64,000 nucleotides of DNA from Sphingobacterium thalpophilum (GCA_943367595.1 CALRJS020000011.1:19274-83273); one strand, 5' to 3'; numbered from the stretch's first letter, positions 39,302 to 48,819 are shown. Notes: a model not told the origin generated them from the sequence alone. Numbers and translations: made by a program.

Positions 39302-40057
39302 TCAGGGGTTGACCTCCCCGGTCTGCTGCTCACTGCGCTGCGAGAAGCCCCAGACGAACAGGCAGGCCACCACGAGCAGCAGCGCCCATTCGGGGGGAAC
39401 GATCTGGGGCAGGGCCAGGCGGAGCAGCAGGCGCACGCCCACCAGACCCACAGCCAGATAGCCGGCCCGCTCCAGATGCCGGTACTCCTCCAACCAGCGG
39501 ATGAACAGACCGGCCGTGAGGCGCAGGGCCACCACACCGATCACGCCGCCGGTCATCACCAGCCAGAGCCGGTCGCTGACCGCCACCGCCGCCGCGACGC
39601 TGTCGAGCGAGAAGGCCAGATCGGTGACCGCCAGCGTGGCCACCACGGAGCCCAGGGTCTGGCCGTGGAGCCGCTGGACCGCCGGTTCCGTGTGGTTGCT
39701 GGCTGCAACGCCCGCCGCTTCACCGCCGGCCTCGCTGGATCCGGCCAGGTTGGTGATGCACAGCCAGAGCAGGTAGGCCGCCGCCAGCAACTGCAGCGGC
39801 CAGAAGACCAGCACCCAGCGGGCCGCCACGATCAGGGCCATCCGGAACACCAGGGCCAGCAGCAGGCCGAGGTTGAGGGCGCGGCGCTGACGGGCCGGAT
39901 CGTCGAGGTGACGCGCGATGGCGGCCAGGGCGATGGCGTTGTCTGCGGAGAGCACGGCCTCCATCGCCACCAGCAGGGGAAGCAGCAGCAGAATCTCCCC
40001 CCACTGGTCTGCCGACTGCAGCAGCGGTGTGAGTGACTCGATCGACTCCGCTTCCAT
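39302..40057 (-). CDS. TerC-family integral membrane protein
   Basis: EAVLSADNAIALAAIA and a second DLAFSLDSVAAAVAVS repeat, with multiple TM helices. 251 aa. Confidence 0.9.
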   Translation of the reverse strand: MEAESIESLTPLLQSADQWGEILLLLPLLVAMEAVLSADNAIALAAIARHLDDPARQRRALNLGLLLALVFRMALIVAARWVLVFWPLQLLAAAYLLWLCITNLAGSSEAGGEAAGVAASNHTEPAVQRLHGQTLGSVVATLAVTDLAFSLDSVAAAVAVSDRLWLVMTGGVIGVVALRLTAGLFIRWLEEYRHLERAGYLAVGLVGVRLLLRLALPQIVPPEWALLLVVACLFVWGFSQRSEQQTGEVNP

Positions 40058-40116
40058 AGGCAGTGGCGGGGTGCGAATCGGTCACTCTAGGAAAGCCAAA
40101 CCAAGCCCGAGCCGGG

Positions 40117-41031
40117 ATGCAGCTGCAGGCGGAACTGGTGCACGCCGAACCCGGACAGCGGGTGGTGAAGGTGAGCGCCTGGGACCAGGGCGCCCTGATC
40201 GGCAGCGCTCTGGGCGAGGCCGCCACGGCGGAACTGGCGGAAGACCGCGCCATCGAGCGCCTGCGGCGGCGATGGTCCCCAAGCGGCGCCACTGCCCCCG
40301 CCAGGCCGGAGCCGGTGGGTGCGGCGCAGGCACCACCACTGAAGCCAGCCATCAGCGCGGATGAGGCAGAGCAGCCGCTGTTGGCGCTGGGCAGCGAGGC
40401 TGAACCAGCCCAGGCGGCAGTGGTGCCTGTGGTTTCGCAAGCTCCGCTTTCCTCACCAGCCGCCCAGGCCCCTGTGCCCCTGCAGGCGCCCCCGGCGCCG
40501 GTTCAGGCTTCCGCCCCGCAAGCCCACGAGCCGTCAGCCCCCGCCGGTGCCACGCCGGCCTCAACAGCGGCGCCAGCCCGTGCCGCAGCGGCGCCCACGC
40601 CCGAGGGCGTTTCCCCCTCGGAGCCGGACGTCACAGCTGATCCCGAAGACTGGAGCGACGAACTGGCCCAGGTGGAGCTGGAACTGAAGCGACTGGGCTG
40701 GGGCCGGGAGGAAGAGGCGGCATACCTGGCGCGGGCCTTCAACCATCCGAGCCGCAGCCGCCTGGTGCGCTACGTGGATCTGATGGGCTATCTCAATGCC
40801 CTGCAGCAACTGGCGCCCGGCAGCCGGCCGGAGCAGGCCGCCACCCCCCTGCGTCGCCGCGACCTGCTGGATCAGAGCGACCAGCTGCTCGGCCAGCTGC
40901 AGTGGGGAGCGGCAGAGGGGCGCGCCTTCCTGGAGCAGCACTTTCAACTCAACAGCCGCCAGCAGCTCAATGATCAGCAGCTGCTGCAGTTCAACATGCT
41001 GCTGGAGGATCAGCTGGCCACCGGAGCATGA
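40117..41031 (+). CDS. Hypothetical protein with folded N- and C-terminal domains joined by an Ala/Pro linker
   Basis: Start ATG 40117 (MQLQAELVHAEPGQRVVKVSAWDQG...). C-terminal helical region ELKRLGWGREEEAAYLARAFNHPSRSRL... No motif recognised. Confidence 0.6.
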   Translation: MQLQAELVHAEPGQRVVKVSAWDQGALIGSALGEAATAELAEDRAIERLRRRWSPSGATAPARPEPVGAAQAPPLKPAISADEAEQPLLALGSEAEPAQAAVVPVVSQAPLSSPAAQAPVPLQAPPAPVQASAPQAHEPSAPAGATPASTAAPARAAAAPTPEGVSPSEPDVTADPEDWSDELAQVELELKRLGWGREEEAAYLARAFNHPSRSRLVRYVDLMGYLNALQQLAPGSRPEQAATPLRRRDLLDQSDQLLGQLQWGAAEGRAFLEQHFQLNSRQQLNDQQLLQFNMLLEDQLATGA

Positions 41032-41152
41032 ACGCGGAGCTCGCTCTGGCGCTGGGCCTGGGCAGGCCACGGCCTCGCGATGCCTCAGGCTCTGGCTCCC
41101 AAGGGCCACAGCGAGCGGATGCCGATGCAGGAGAAGACATAGCGCGTGGGTA

Positions 41153-41215
41153 GCAGGAGACTCGCCTGCAGGAGCGCTCGCTTGCAGGAGTGCTCGTGTT
41201 CAGGAGTGCTCGTTG
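41153..41215. repeat. Four tandem 15-16 bp units GCAGGAGnGCTCGnnn
   Basis: gcaggagactcgcct / gcaggagcgctcgctt / gcaggagtgctcgtgt / tcaggagtgctcgttg. There is a related gcaggagaagacat at 41127. It lies in the lower-GC spacer upstream of the PEP-CTERM-like gene. Confidence 0.85.
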
Positions 41216-41591
41216 GCACGGGGATTCATTTCCACGAAGCCTTGCGTGCCTGGCCTATTGCCGCAACAGAACCAGTACAAAAACGCTCGAACTCTCGCCA
41301 TCCCAGACCTGAGAAGTGAACAGGCTTCCGGTGGGGACTTCCTGAGTTCAGATATGGAGATGTCGATCGCAAACCAGAAGCTTCTTCATTCAAGCCTCAG
41401 AGTGCCGTCATTTTCCTTCGGGCAACGGTCCATACCTTGTGGACATGAACGTGCCCAAGCGGATCATCTTGTCGTCCCGAATCGTCCTCTGTCCGCGCAT
41501 CGAACACCCGGCAACCTTGGCTGCCCTCGGCTCGCCCCTGCGCCGCACTGCCTGCGCAAAGCTTGCAGGAGCCGCGCGCTTCGGTGGATCG

Positions 41592-42320
41592 ATGGTGGCA
41601 GGCTGGCTGGTTCTGAGCGTCCTGGCAGGCACCCCGGCCCGTGCCGCCTATGTGCTCAACCTCACGGAAACCGAAGCCGGCGTGTTCGGCCAAGGCAGTG
41701 GCTCCATCAACCTGAGCGGACTGACCAAAACATCGGAAGGAATCTTGCCGGGGGCGGCACGGGCACTGGCCGGCCTGGAGATCATCGGCGCCCAGGCAGA
41801 AGCAGATCAATACTCGGGACTGATCAGTGGCCCCTCAGGATTCGGCGCCGGGGATCTGATCAGCCTGGCCACAACGGGATCGGGTTTCATCATCGGCGTC
41901 TTTGGATCGGCAAACACTCCCAACGGCCCAACATTGTTCTCTCCGAGCGATATCATTCTCCCCAACAACTACATCTCTGGAGCCGATCTTGGTGTGTCCA
42001 CAGCAGAATGGACAGGCGCCTCTTTCGCCAGCCTGGGCATCAGTCCAGGCACCTACATCTGGCAATGGGATACAGGCTCCGGCACCGATAGCTTCACCTT
42101 GAACACCGTGCCCGTGCCCGGTCCCTTGCCGGTCCTGGGCGCAGGCATCGCCTTCGGTTGGAGCCGGAAAATCAGGCGGCGCCTCACCTCCAGGTCCCGA
42201 CCAGCGACCATCCTGAGCAGCAGCCAAACCTCCGCGTGCCTAGTGGCCCCGCTGCAGAGCGGCTCCAGTCCAGCGGCCGCTCAGCCGGCAGCTGCAAGCT
42301 CAACCTCCAGACTCGGCTGA
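41592..42320 (+). CDS. Secreted Gly/Ser-rich protein with PEP-CTERM-like sorting motif followed by an extra tail
   Basis: Signal peptide MVAGWLVLSVLAGTPARA|AY, with GGTGGA 5 nt upstream of ATG 41592. VPVPGPLPVLGAGIAFGWSRKIRRRL (42108-42185) has the motif / TM / basic-cluster layout of PEP-CTERM. The ORF then continues 44 codons further. Earlier starts (41439, 41445) are possible. Confidence 0.62.
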   Translation: MVAGWLVLSVLAGTPARAAYVLNLTETEAGVFGQGSGSINLSGLTKTSEGILPGAARALAGLEIIGAQAEADQYSGLISGPSGFGAGDLISLATTGSGFIIGVFGSANTPNGPTLFSPSDIILPNNYISGADLGVSTAEWTGASFASLGISPGTYIWQWDTGSGTDSFTLNTVPVPGPLPVLGAGIAFGWSRKIRRRLTSRSRPATILSSSQTSACLVAPLQSGSSPAAAQPAAASSTSRLG

Positions 42321-42334
42321 ACGCTGGCGGCCGC

Positions 42335-43162
42335 TCAGCCGGGCCGGGCAGACGTCCATCCCGCCGGTGGGCGGCATTCCTGGCTGATCAGGGCGGCCCC
42401 TTTCTCCAGCTGGTCCTGATGGGCGTAGGCCTCGCGCTCCAGCTGGCGCTCCAGGGGCGAGAGGTTGGCGTAGATCGGGTCGTTGAGCTGCCCCTGGGCC
42501 TGGGGCTGGGCGGAAATGGAGAGGCCAAGCTGCTTGGGCGGGGCGGACACCCCCCCGCGACGGCAGCTCTGCGCCACATGGATGGCCTCATGGTTCAGCA
42601 CCATGGCAAAGGTGGCGCTGCCCTGGTCCACCACCTCCGACTTGATGCGGATCGTGCGGGCGGCAGGGTCCCACTCACCAGCGGCGCCGGCCTTGCGGGG
42701 CGGACCCAGCACCACCTGCACCCCCACCCGCTGCAGCTGATCGAGCAGATCGCTGATCGCCTGCCGCTCGCGCTCGAAGCCCGGCGGATCGAGCATCAGC
42801 GCGCGGATCTGCTGGATCGAAAGCTTGGGGTCTCCCTCGCGGCGCCGGTAGCGGTAACGCACACCGCCGTCAGGCAGCACTTCGGCCTGCGGCTGCCAGT
42901 CGACGTCGGCCTGCTCCAGGCGCACCATCAGGTCTCCGGCCGTGGAGGGATCGAGGGCCACATCGCCCGGTCGCAGCGGGGCCGGGGGCCGGGCAAACAG
43001 CGTGTCCGACACCTGAAACGGCAACGCTTCCAGAGCGCCGAGGGTTTCGCCCCTGCGCTCGGGCGGTGCCACCGCCAGGCCCGCCAGCAACATGGCACCG
43101 CCCAGCAGCGCCAGCGGCAGCACAGGAGCGCCCGATCCACGCGGGGGATGGTGCCGGCTCAC
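42335..43162 (-). CDS. Uncharacterised HExxH protein, putative exported zinc metallopeptidase (paralog A)
   Basis: 275 aa. N-terminal hydrophobic segment [19 protein letters not shown]. Core [16 protein letters not shown]...[15 protein letters not shown]...[17 protein letters not shown]...[13 protein letters not shown] paralog lies at 61637-62452. Confidence 0.7.
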   Translation of the reverse strand: MSRHHPPRGSGAPVLPLALLGGAMLLAGLAVAPPERRGETLGALEALPFQVSDTLFARPPAPLRPGDVALDPSTAGDLMVRLEQADVDWQPQAEVLPDGGVRYRYRRREGDPKLSIQQIRALMLDPPGFERERQAISDLLDQLQRVGVQVVLGPPRKAGAAGEWDPAARTIRIKSEVVDQGSATFAMVLNHEAIHVAQSCRRGGVSAPPKQLGLSISAQPQAQGQLNDPIYANLSPLERQLEREAYAHQDQLEKGAALISQECRPPAGWTSARPG

Positions 43163-43263
43163 TCCCAGACATCAATGCGCTTCCAATGATGGTCGATCTG
43201 CGCGGCCAAAGCAGCGACAGGAGTGCAACTGCCAGGATCGGGGGCCCTGCGCTTCAACACCCG

Positions 43264-46200
43264 ATGCCCCTCACCGCCCTGGTGCGCCAGCTCGAGCAGG
43301 TGCCCCTCACCGGTGAGGTGCTGCAACGGATCGAGCGTCCGGAGCGGCTGAGCCTGCGGGGCGCCTCGCGGGCCGGCCGGGCCCTGATCGCCAGTGCCCT
43401 GGCCCGGCAGCGGCAGGCGCCCCTGCTGGTGATCGTGCCCACGCTGGAGGAGGCGGGCCGCTGGACGGCGCTGCTGGAACTGATGGGCTGGCCCACCGCC
43501 CAGCTGTATCCCACCAGTGAGGGCTCGCCCTACGAACCCTTCGATCCCACCACCGAAATCACCTGGGGGCAGCTGCAGGTGCTCGCCGAGCTGGTGGATG
43601 CGGGCAGCGCCGACGGCAACGGCCGGCCCTGGCAGGGCGCCGTGGTGGCCACCGAGCGGGCCCTGCAACCCCACCTGCCGCCGCCTGCAGCCCTGGCCGC
43701 CCGCTGCCTGTGCCTGCGCAAGGGCGACACGGTGGACCTGGACCAGCTGGCCGACACCCTCAGCCGCCTCGGCTACGAGCGGGTACCCACGATCGAGCAG
43801 GAGGGCAGCTGGAGCCGCCGCGGCGACATTGTGGATGTGTTTCCGGTGAGCGCCGAGCTGCCGGTGCGGCTGGAGTTTTTCGGCGAGGAGCTGGAGAAGC
43901 TCAAGGAATTCGACCCCGCCACCCAGCGTTCGCTCGATGCCACCGAGGCGGTGCGGCTCACCCCCAGTGGCTACGGCCCGCTGGTGGCCGATGCCCTGCG
44001 GGAAACGATGCCGGCCGGGCTCGAGGGGCTGCTGCAGCCGGAAGCGCTCGATCAGCTGCTGGAGGGCGGCACGCCGGAGGGAATGCGGCGGCTGATGGGC
44101 CTGGCCTGGGCGCGGCCCGCCTCCCTGCTGGATTACCTGCCCGCCAGCACGTTGATTGCGGTGGATGAGCGGCGCCATTGCCGCGCCCACGGCCAGCAGT
44201 GGTTCGATCACGCCGACAGCCACCACGGCGAGGTGCAGGCGGAGCTGGCGGCAGCCAGCGGCCAGCCGGTGGTGCTGCCCGCCCTGCTGCACCGGCCGCC
44301 CGAGCAGGCCCTTGAAGATGTCGAGTCGTTCGCCGGCTTCGATCTGGCCGAACTGGCCGAAACCGACCGCCACCCCAACGCCTTCGATCTCTCCAGCCGT
44401 CCGGTGCCGGCCCATCCGAACGCCTTCGGCCGCCTGGCAGCGCTGGTGAAGGGGTACCAGCAGGAGAAGGCAAAGGTGTGGCTGCTCTCCGCCCAGCCGT
44501 CGCGGGCAGTGGCGCTGCTGGAGGAGCACGACTGCATCGCCCGCTTCGTGCCCAACCCGCACGACTTCCCGGCGATCGAGCGGCTGGTGGAGCAGAGCAC
44601 GCCGGTGGCGCTCAAGCTCAAAGGCACCGCCGAGCTGGAGGGGCTGCAGCTGCCGGCCTGGAAGCTGGTGCTGCTCACCGATCGGGAGTTCTTCGGGCAG
44701 CACAGCCTGGCCGCCAGCGGCTACGTGCGCCGGCGCCGCAAGGCGGCCAGCCGCACGGTGGATCCGGGCAAGATGCAGCCCGGCGATTTCGTGGTGCACC
44801 GCAACCACGGCATCGGCCGTTTCCTGAAGCTGGAGAAGCTGGCGATCAGCGGCGAAAGCCGCGACTACCTGGTGGTGCAATACGCCGACGGCACCTTGAG
44901 GGTGGCCGCCGACCAGCTGGGCAGCCTGGGCCGCTACCGCGCCAGCACCGACACACCGCCGGAGCTCAACCGCATGGGCGGGGTGGCCTGGGCGCGGGCC
45001 AAGGAACGGGCGCTCAAGGCGGTGCGCAAGGTGGCGCTCGATCTGGTGAAGCTCTACGCGGAGCGCCATCAGGCCCCCGGCATCGTGTTTCCGCCCGATG
45101 GTCCGTGGCAAAGCGAGCTGGAGGATTCCTTCCCCTACGAGCCCACGCCGGATCAGGTGAAGGCGATCGCGGAAGTGAAACGCGACATGGAGACCGCCAA
45201 GCCGATGGACCGGCTGGTGTGCGGCGATGTGGGCTTCGGCAAGACCGAGGTGGCGATCCGGGCGTTGTTCAAGGCCGTCACCGCCGGACGTCAGGCGGCC
45301 CTGCTGGCCCCCACCACGGTGCTGGCCCAGCAGCACTGGCGCACATTGAGCGAACGCTTCGCGCCCTACCCGCTCAAGGTGGCGCTGCTCAACCGCTTCC
45401 GCACGGCGCAGGAACGCAAGGCGATCCAGGAAGGGCTGGCCGCCGGCACGATCGACATCGTGGTGGGCACCCACCAGCTGCTGGGCAAGGGCACCAGCTT
45501 CAAGCAGCTGGGGCTGCTGGTGGTGGATGAGGAGCAGCGCTTCGGTGTGAACCAGAAGGAGAAGATCAAGGCGCTGCGCAAAGACGTCGACGTGCTGACG
45601 CTTTCCGCCACGCCGATTCCGCGCACGCTCTACATGAGCCTGTCGGGGGTGCGGGAGATGAGCCTGATCACCACGCCGCCACCGCTGCGCCGCCCGATCA
45701 AGACGCACCTGGCCGCCCGCGACGACGAGGCGGTGCGCAGCGCCATCCGCCAGGAACTGGATCGCGGCGGCCAGGTGTTCTACGTGGTGCCGCGGGTGGA
45801 GGGGATCGAGGAGGTGGCGGGCCAGCTGCGCGAGATGCTGCCGGGCCTGAAGTTGCTGGTGGCCCACGGCCAGATGGCCGAAGGGGAACTGGAGAGCGCG
45901 ATGGTGGCCTTCAATGCCGGCGAAGCCGACGTGATGCTCTGCACCACGATCATCGAAAGCGGCCTGGATATCCCACGGGTGAACACGATTCTGGTGGAAG
46001 ACGCCCACAGATTCGGTCTGGCCCAGCTGTATCAACTGCGCGGCCGGGTGGGCCGCAGCGGCATCCAGGCCCATGCCTGGTTGTTCTATCCAGGCGATGG
46101 CGCCTTGAGTGAGGCGGCGCGGCAGCGGCTGCGGGCGATCCAGGAGTTCGCGCAACTGGGCAGCGGCTACCAGCTGGCCATGCGTGACATGGAGATCCGC

Positions 46201-46857
46201 GGCGTGGGCAACCTGCTGGGGGTGGAGCAGAGCGGCCAACTGGAAGCGATCGGCTTCGACCTCTATATGGAGATGCTGCAGGAAAGCCTGGCGGAGATCC
46301 AGGGCCAGGACATCCCGGTGGTGGAGGACACCCAGATCGATCTGCCGATCACCGCCTTCATCCCCGCCGACTGGATCACCGAAGCGGACGAGAAGATGGC
46401 CGCCTACCGGGCTGCTGCCGGCTGCACCGCCAAGAGCGAACTGCTCCAGCTGGCTGCCGACTGGGTGGACCGCTACGGCGCACTGCCAGCGCCGGTGCAG
46501 AGCCTGCTGCAGTTGATGGAACTCAAACTGCTGGCCAAACGCTGCGGCTTCTCCCGCCTCAAGCCCGAAAAGCCCAACATCGTGCTGGAAACCCCCATGG
46601 AGGAGCCCGCCTTCCGGCTGCTGCGCCAGGGCCTGCCCCAGCACCTGCACGGCCGGTTGGTGTACCAGGGCGGCGCCGGCAGCACCGCCAAAGTGCTGGC
46701 CCGCGGCCTCAGCGTGCTCCCCGCCGACAAGCAGCTCGACACCCTGATGGAGTGGCTCACCGCCATGGCCGGCCAGATCCCCGCCGCCGATGGCCTCACC
46801 GACGCCCAGCGCGAGGACCAGGCCGCCGCCAGGAACGCGGCGGTGTTGGTGGTTTGA
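43264..46857 (+). CDS. mfd: Transcription-repair coupling factor
   Basis: Start [12 protein letters not shown]. Walker [24 protein letters not shown], the TRG motif region and the C-terminal D7-like domain. The track ORF N-terminus (43066) was trimmed. Confidence 0.95.
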   Translation: MPLTALVRQLEQVPLTGEVLQRIERPERLSLRGASRAGRALIASALARQRQAPLLVIVPTLEEAGRWTALLELMGWPTAQLYPTSEGSPYEPFDPTTEITWGQLQVLAELVDAGSADGNGRPWQGAVVATERALQPHLPPPAALAARCLCLRKGDTVDLDQLADTLSRLGYERVPTIEQEGSWSRRGDIVDVFPVSAELPVRLEFFGEELEKLKEFDPATQRSLDATEAVRLTPSGYGPLVADALRETMPAGLEGLLQPEALDQLLEGGTPEGMRRLMGLAWARPASLLDYLPASTLIAVDERRHCRAHGQQWFDHADSHHGEVQAELAAASGQPVVLPALLHRPPEQALEDVESFAGFDLAELAETDRHPNAFDLSSRPVPAHPNAFGRLAALVKGYQQEKAKVWLLSAQPSRAVALLEEHDCIARFVPNPHDFPAIERLVEQSTPVALKLKGTAELEGLQLPAWKLVLLTDREFFGQHSLAASGYVRRRRKAASRTVDPGKMQPGDFVVHRNHGIGRFLKLEKLAISGESRDYLVVQYADGTLRVAADQLGSLGRYRASTDTPPELNRMGGVAWARAKERALKAVRKVALDLVKLYAERHQAPGIVFPPDGPWQSELEDSFPYEPTPDQVKAIAEVKRDMETAKPMDRLVCGDVGFGKTEVAIRALFKAVTAGRQAALLAPTTVLAQQHWRTLSERFAPYPLKVALLNRFRTAQERKAIQEGLAAGTIDIVVGTHQLLGKGTSFKQLGLLVVDEEQRFGVNQKEKIKALRKDVDVLTLSATPIPRTLYMSLSGVREMSLITTPPPLRRPIKTHLAARDDEAVRSAIRQELDRGGQVFYVVPRVEGIEEVAGQLREMLPGLKLLVAHGQMAEGELESAMVAFNAGEADVMLCTTIIESGLDIPRVNTILVEDAHRFGLAQLYQLRGRVGRSGIQAHAWLFYPGDGALSEAARQRLRAIQEFAQLGSGYQLAMRDMEIRGVGNLLGVEQSGQLEAIGFDLYMEMLQESLAEIQGQDIPVVEDTQIDLPITAFIPADWITEADEKMAAYRAAAGCTAKSELLQLAADWVDRYGALPAPVQSLLQLMELKLLAKRCGFSRLKPEKPNIVLETPMEEPAFRLLRQGLPQHLHGRLVYQGGAGSTAKVLARGLSVLPADKQLDTLMEWLTAMAGQIPAADGLTDAQREDQAAARNAAVLVV

Positions 46858-46966
46858 GGGGGGGGGCAGCGTGTTGGCCAGTGGTGTCACCCCCCGACAA
46901 GCTTCCGATTCTCTTCACCCTCATCCTCGCAAAACTTCGTTACAGTTCCGAAAAGGTCAGGGCTCG

Positions 46967-47146
46967 ATGGGCGAATTCGTTGCTTCCGGTGGGGTTTCGG
47001 CAGGGCTGCAAAGCGGCGTGGGCCTCGTTTCGGCCCTGATCAGCGTGATCGCCCTGGGGTTGTTCGCCCTGTTCCAGGACGAAAACCAGAACAACGACGA
47101 CGACGACTCCAACCCCGGTGGCGGCCTCATGCAACCGGTGGCCTGA
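46967..47146 (+). CDS. 59-aa single-TM peptide with acidic tail (hypothetical)
   Basis: MGEFVASGGVSAGLQSGVGLVSALISVIALGLFALFQDENQNNDDDDSNPGGGLMQPVA. Coding-like codon bias on hand translation. It sits inside a 118-aa track ORF. Confidence 0.45.
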   Translation: MGEFVASGGVSAGLQSGVGLVSALISVIALGLFALFQDENQNNDDDDSNPGGGLMQPVA

Positions 47147-47285
47147 AGCTCTGATCCACAGCGCTTACCGGGCTCAGAGAAAGAAAAGCCCTGTGGTGAG
47201 CCCCTCCGCAGCAGATCTCTATCGAGTTGTTGGTGCGCTGGATTGGCGCGCACAAGTGGAGCCTAAGTCATTGCTCCGCAGGGTT

Positions 47286-47447
47286 TATCCGATAAACGTT
47301 GACATTTAGGACTAACCCCATAAACGTTGCCACTGAAGAATTACCGAGTAAACCTTGTCCAATCAACCGAGCCCCGTAAATCTTTCCCCGTAAAAAAAAA
47401 GGGGGGGCAAGTGCTGGCCTGGAAAAGATGCCCCGTAAGCATTGCCC
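47286..47447. repeat. Phased array of a CC(C/G)(C/A)(G/A)TAAAC-nTTG-nC core (four copies at exactly 28 bp, two more irregular) plus an A9G7 run
   Basis: TAAA of the core is at 47293, 47321, 47349 and 47377 (28-bp steps), then 47391 and 47436. Units: tatCCGATAAACGTTGAC, aaCCCCATAAACGTTGCC, taCCGAGTAAACCTTGTC, aGCCCCGTAAATCTTTCC, CCCCGTAAAAAAAAAGGGGGGG, GCCCCGTAAGCATTGCC. The spacer is AT-richer and ORF-free. Confidence 0.85.
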
Positions 47448-47481
47448 TTGAATGAAGGCGTGCCCAGGGGATAACTGCTGA

Positions 47482-48819
47482 TCAGTTAGTGGTTCCCAGA
47501 GCAGCGGGCAGGTTCGCGCTTGAGGGGTTGTAGGGCTTGCCGGGAGCCTTGCCCACCGTGCGCAGTTGCTTCACCAAGGTGTTTTCGGCCACCCGGTACT
47601 GCGGATCGTTGCGGGTGCCGATCTCTTCGAGCTTGAGTGATCGGGCCTCCTGCTCGCTCAGCTTCACCGTCACATCGGGCTTGATGCCGTGCTTGTGGAT
47701 GTCGCGGCCGCTGGGGGTGAGGTACTTGGCGATGGTCACGGTCATGCCGGAGCCATCCGAGAGCCCCCGCACCGACTGCACCAGTCCCTTGCCGAAGGTC
47801 TTCTGACCCACCAGCACCCCCCGCTTGTTGTCCTGCAGGGCACCGGAGAGGATTTCGCTGGCGCTGGCGGAGCCCTCGTTCACCAGGATCACCAGGGGAG
47901 CCTTGGTGAGGGCCCGGCCGTTGGCGCGCCGCACATCCTGGATGCCGTCACGGGTTTTGGTGGACACGATGATTCCTTCATCGAGCCACTGGCGGGCAAT
48001 CTCGATGCTCGCCACCAGCAGGCCACCGGGGTTGCTGCGCAGATCCAGCACGTACCCCTGCACCCCTTTGCTCTCCAGGTCGCGCAGTGCGGCGCGCATG
48101 TCCTTGGAGGCGTTGGCGTTGAACTGCTTGAGGCGGATGTAGCCCACCTTGAAGCCATCCGGGGTGGTGTTCACCTGGTGCTCCACCGCGTGCAGCTCGA
48201 TGCGGTCGCGGGTGAGCGGCATCTCCAGCACCTGGTTCTTGCGCCGCACCTGCAGGGTCACCTTGGTGCCGGCCTGACCACGGATCAGCTTCACCGCGTC
48301 TTCCGTGCTCATCCCCTTGGTGCTCTTGCCGTCGATCGAGATGATCACGTCCTTCGGCAGCACGCCGGCCCGCGAGGCGGGGGAGCCGTCGATCGGGGAC
48401 ACCACCACCAGTTCCTTGGTGTCCTTGTCGAGGCTCAGTTGGATGCCGACACCGGAGAGTTCGCCCGAGGTGTCGATCTGCATCTCCTTGAACTCCCGCG
48501 GATCCATGAAGCGGGTGTAGGGATCGTCGAGGGTGCCGAGCATGCCCCGGATGGCCTCGTAGCTCTCCTTGGTGTTTCCGTAGGTTTTGGAGAGCAGATC
48601 ACGGCGCAACTTGCGCCACTGCTCCGGGGTGTATTTGCCGGTGGTGTCGAGATAATCGCGGAAAACGATCTGCCACGCCTGATCCATCACCTCCTTAGGG
48701 CTGTCGGTGATCAGGGAGGCGGCACTGGGGGCCATCAGCCATTCGCCGCCCACCACGGCAGCGGCCGCACAGGCACCGAGGCCAGCCAGGACGAGAATGC
48801 TGGTGCTACCCCTGGACAT
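47482..48819 (-). CDS. Carboxyl-terminal processing protease (peptidase S41, Ctp family)
   Basis: PDZ region, then LVNEGSASASEILSGAL (Ser nucleophile) and KTFGKGLVQS (Lys). N-terminal signal/anchor. 445 aa. Confidence 0.93.
   Translation of the reverse strand: MSRGSTSILVLAGLGACAAAAVVGGEWLMAPSAASLITDSPKEVMDQAWQIVFRDYLDTTGKYTPEQWRKLRRDLLSKTYGNTKESYEAIRGMLGTLDDPYTRFMDPREFKEMQIDTSGELSGVGIQLSLDKDTKELVVVSPIDGSPASRAGVLPKDVIISIDGKSTKGMSTEDAVKLIRGQAGTKVTLQVRRKNQVLEMPLTRDRIELHAVEHQVNTTPDGFKVGYIRLKQFNANASKDMRAALRDLESKGVQGYVLDLRSNPGGLLVASIEIARQWLDEGIIVSTKTRDGIQDVRRANGRALTKAPLVILVNEGSASASEILSGALQDNKRGVLVGQKTFGKGLVQSVRGLSDGSGMTVTIAKYLTPSGRDIHKHGIKPDVTVKLSEQEARSLKLEEIGTRNDPQYRVAENTLVKQLRTVGKAPGKPYNPSSANLPAALGTTN

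Noticed and set aside
41032-43162. The lower-GC PEP-CTERM / HExxH locus as a mobile element or genomic island
   Set aside because: There is no integrase, transposase, flanking direct or inverted repeat, or tRNA attachment site. The composition shift is confined to a few hundred bp of spacer. It is reported as a compositional oddity only.
43159-46890. A 1243-aa uninterrupted ORF on the minus strand covering the whole mfd gene
   Set aside because: It is exactly antisense to a gene with unambiguous Mfd motifs. Its product is low-complexity Gly/Ala/Arg/Pro/His-rich with no recognisable domain. Stop-free antisense frames are an expected by-product of strong G/C third-position bias in high-GC genomes.
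47286-47447. The 28-bp phased repeats as a CRISPR array, or as DnaA-box/oriC repeats
   Set aside because: The conserved core is only about 15 bp with about 13-bp variable parts. The copies are degenerate and there are no cas genes, so it is not a CRISPR array. Only the first unit (TTATCCGAT) resembles a DnaA box (TTATCCACA); the others do not. No dnaA or dnaN is nearby. It is kept as an unexplained repeat finding instead.
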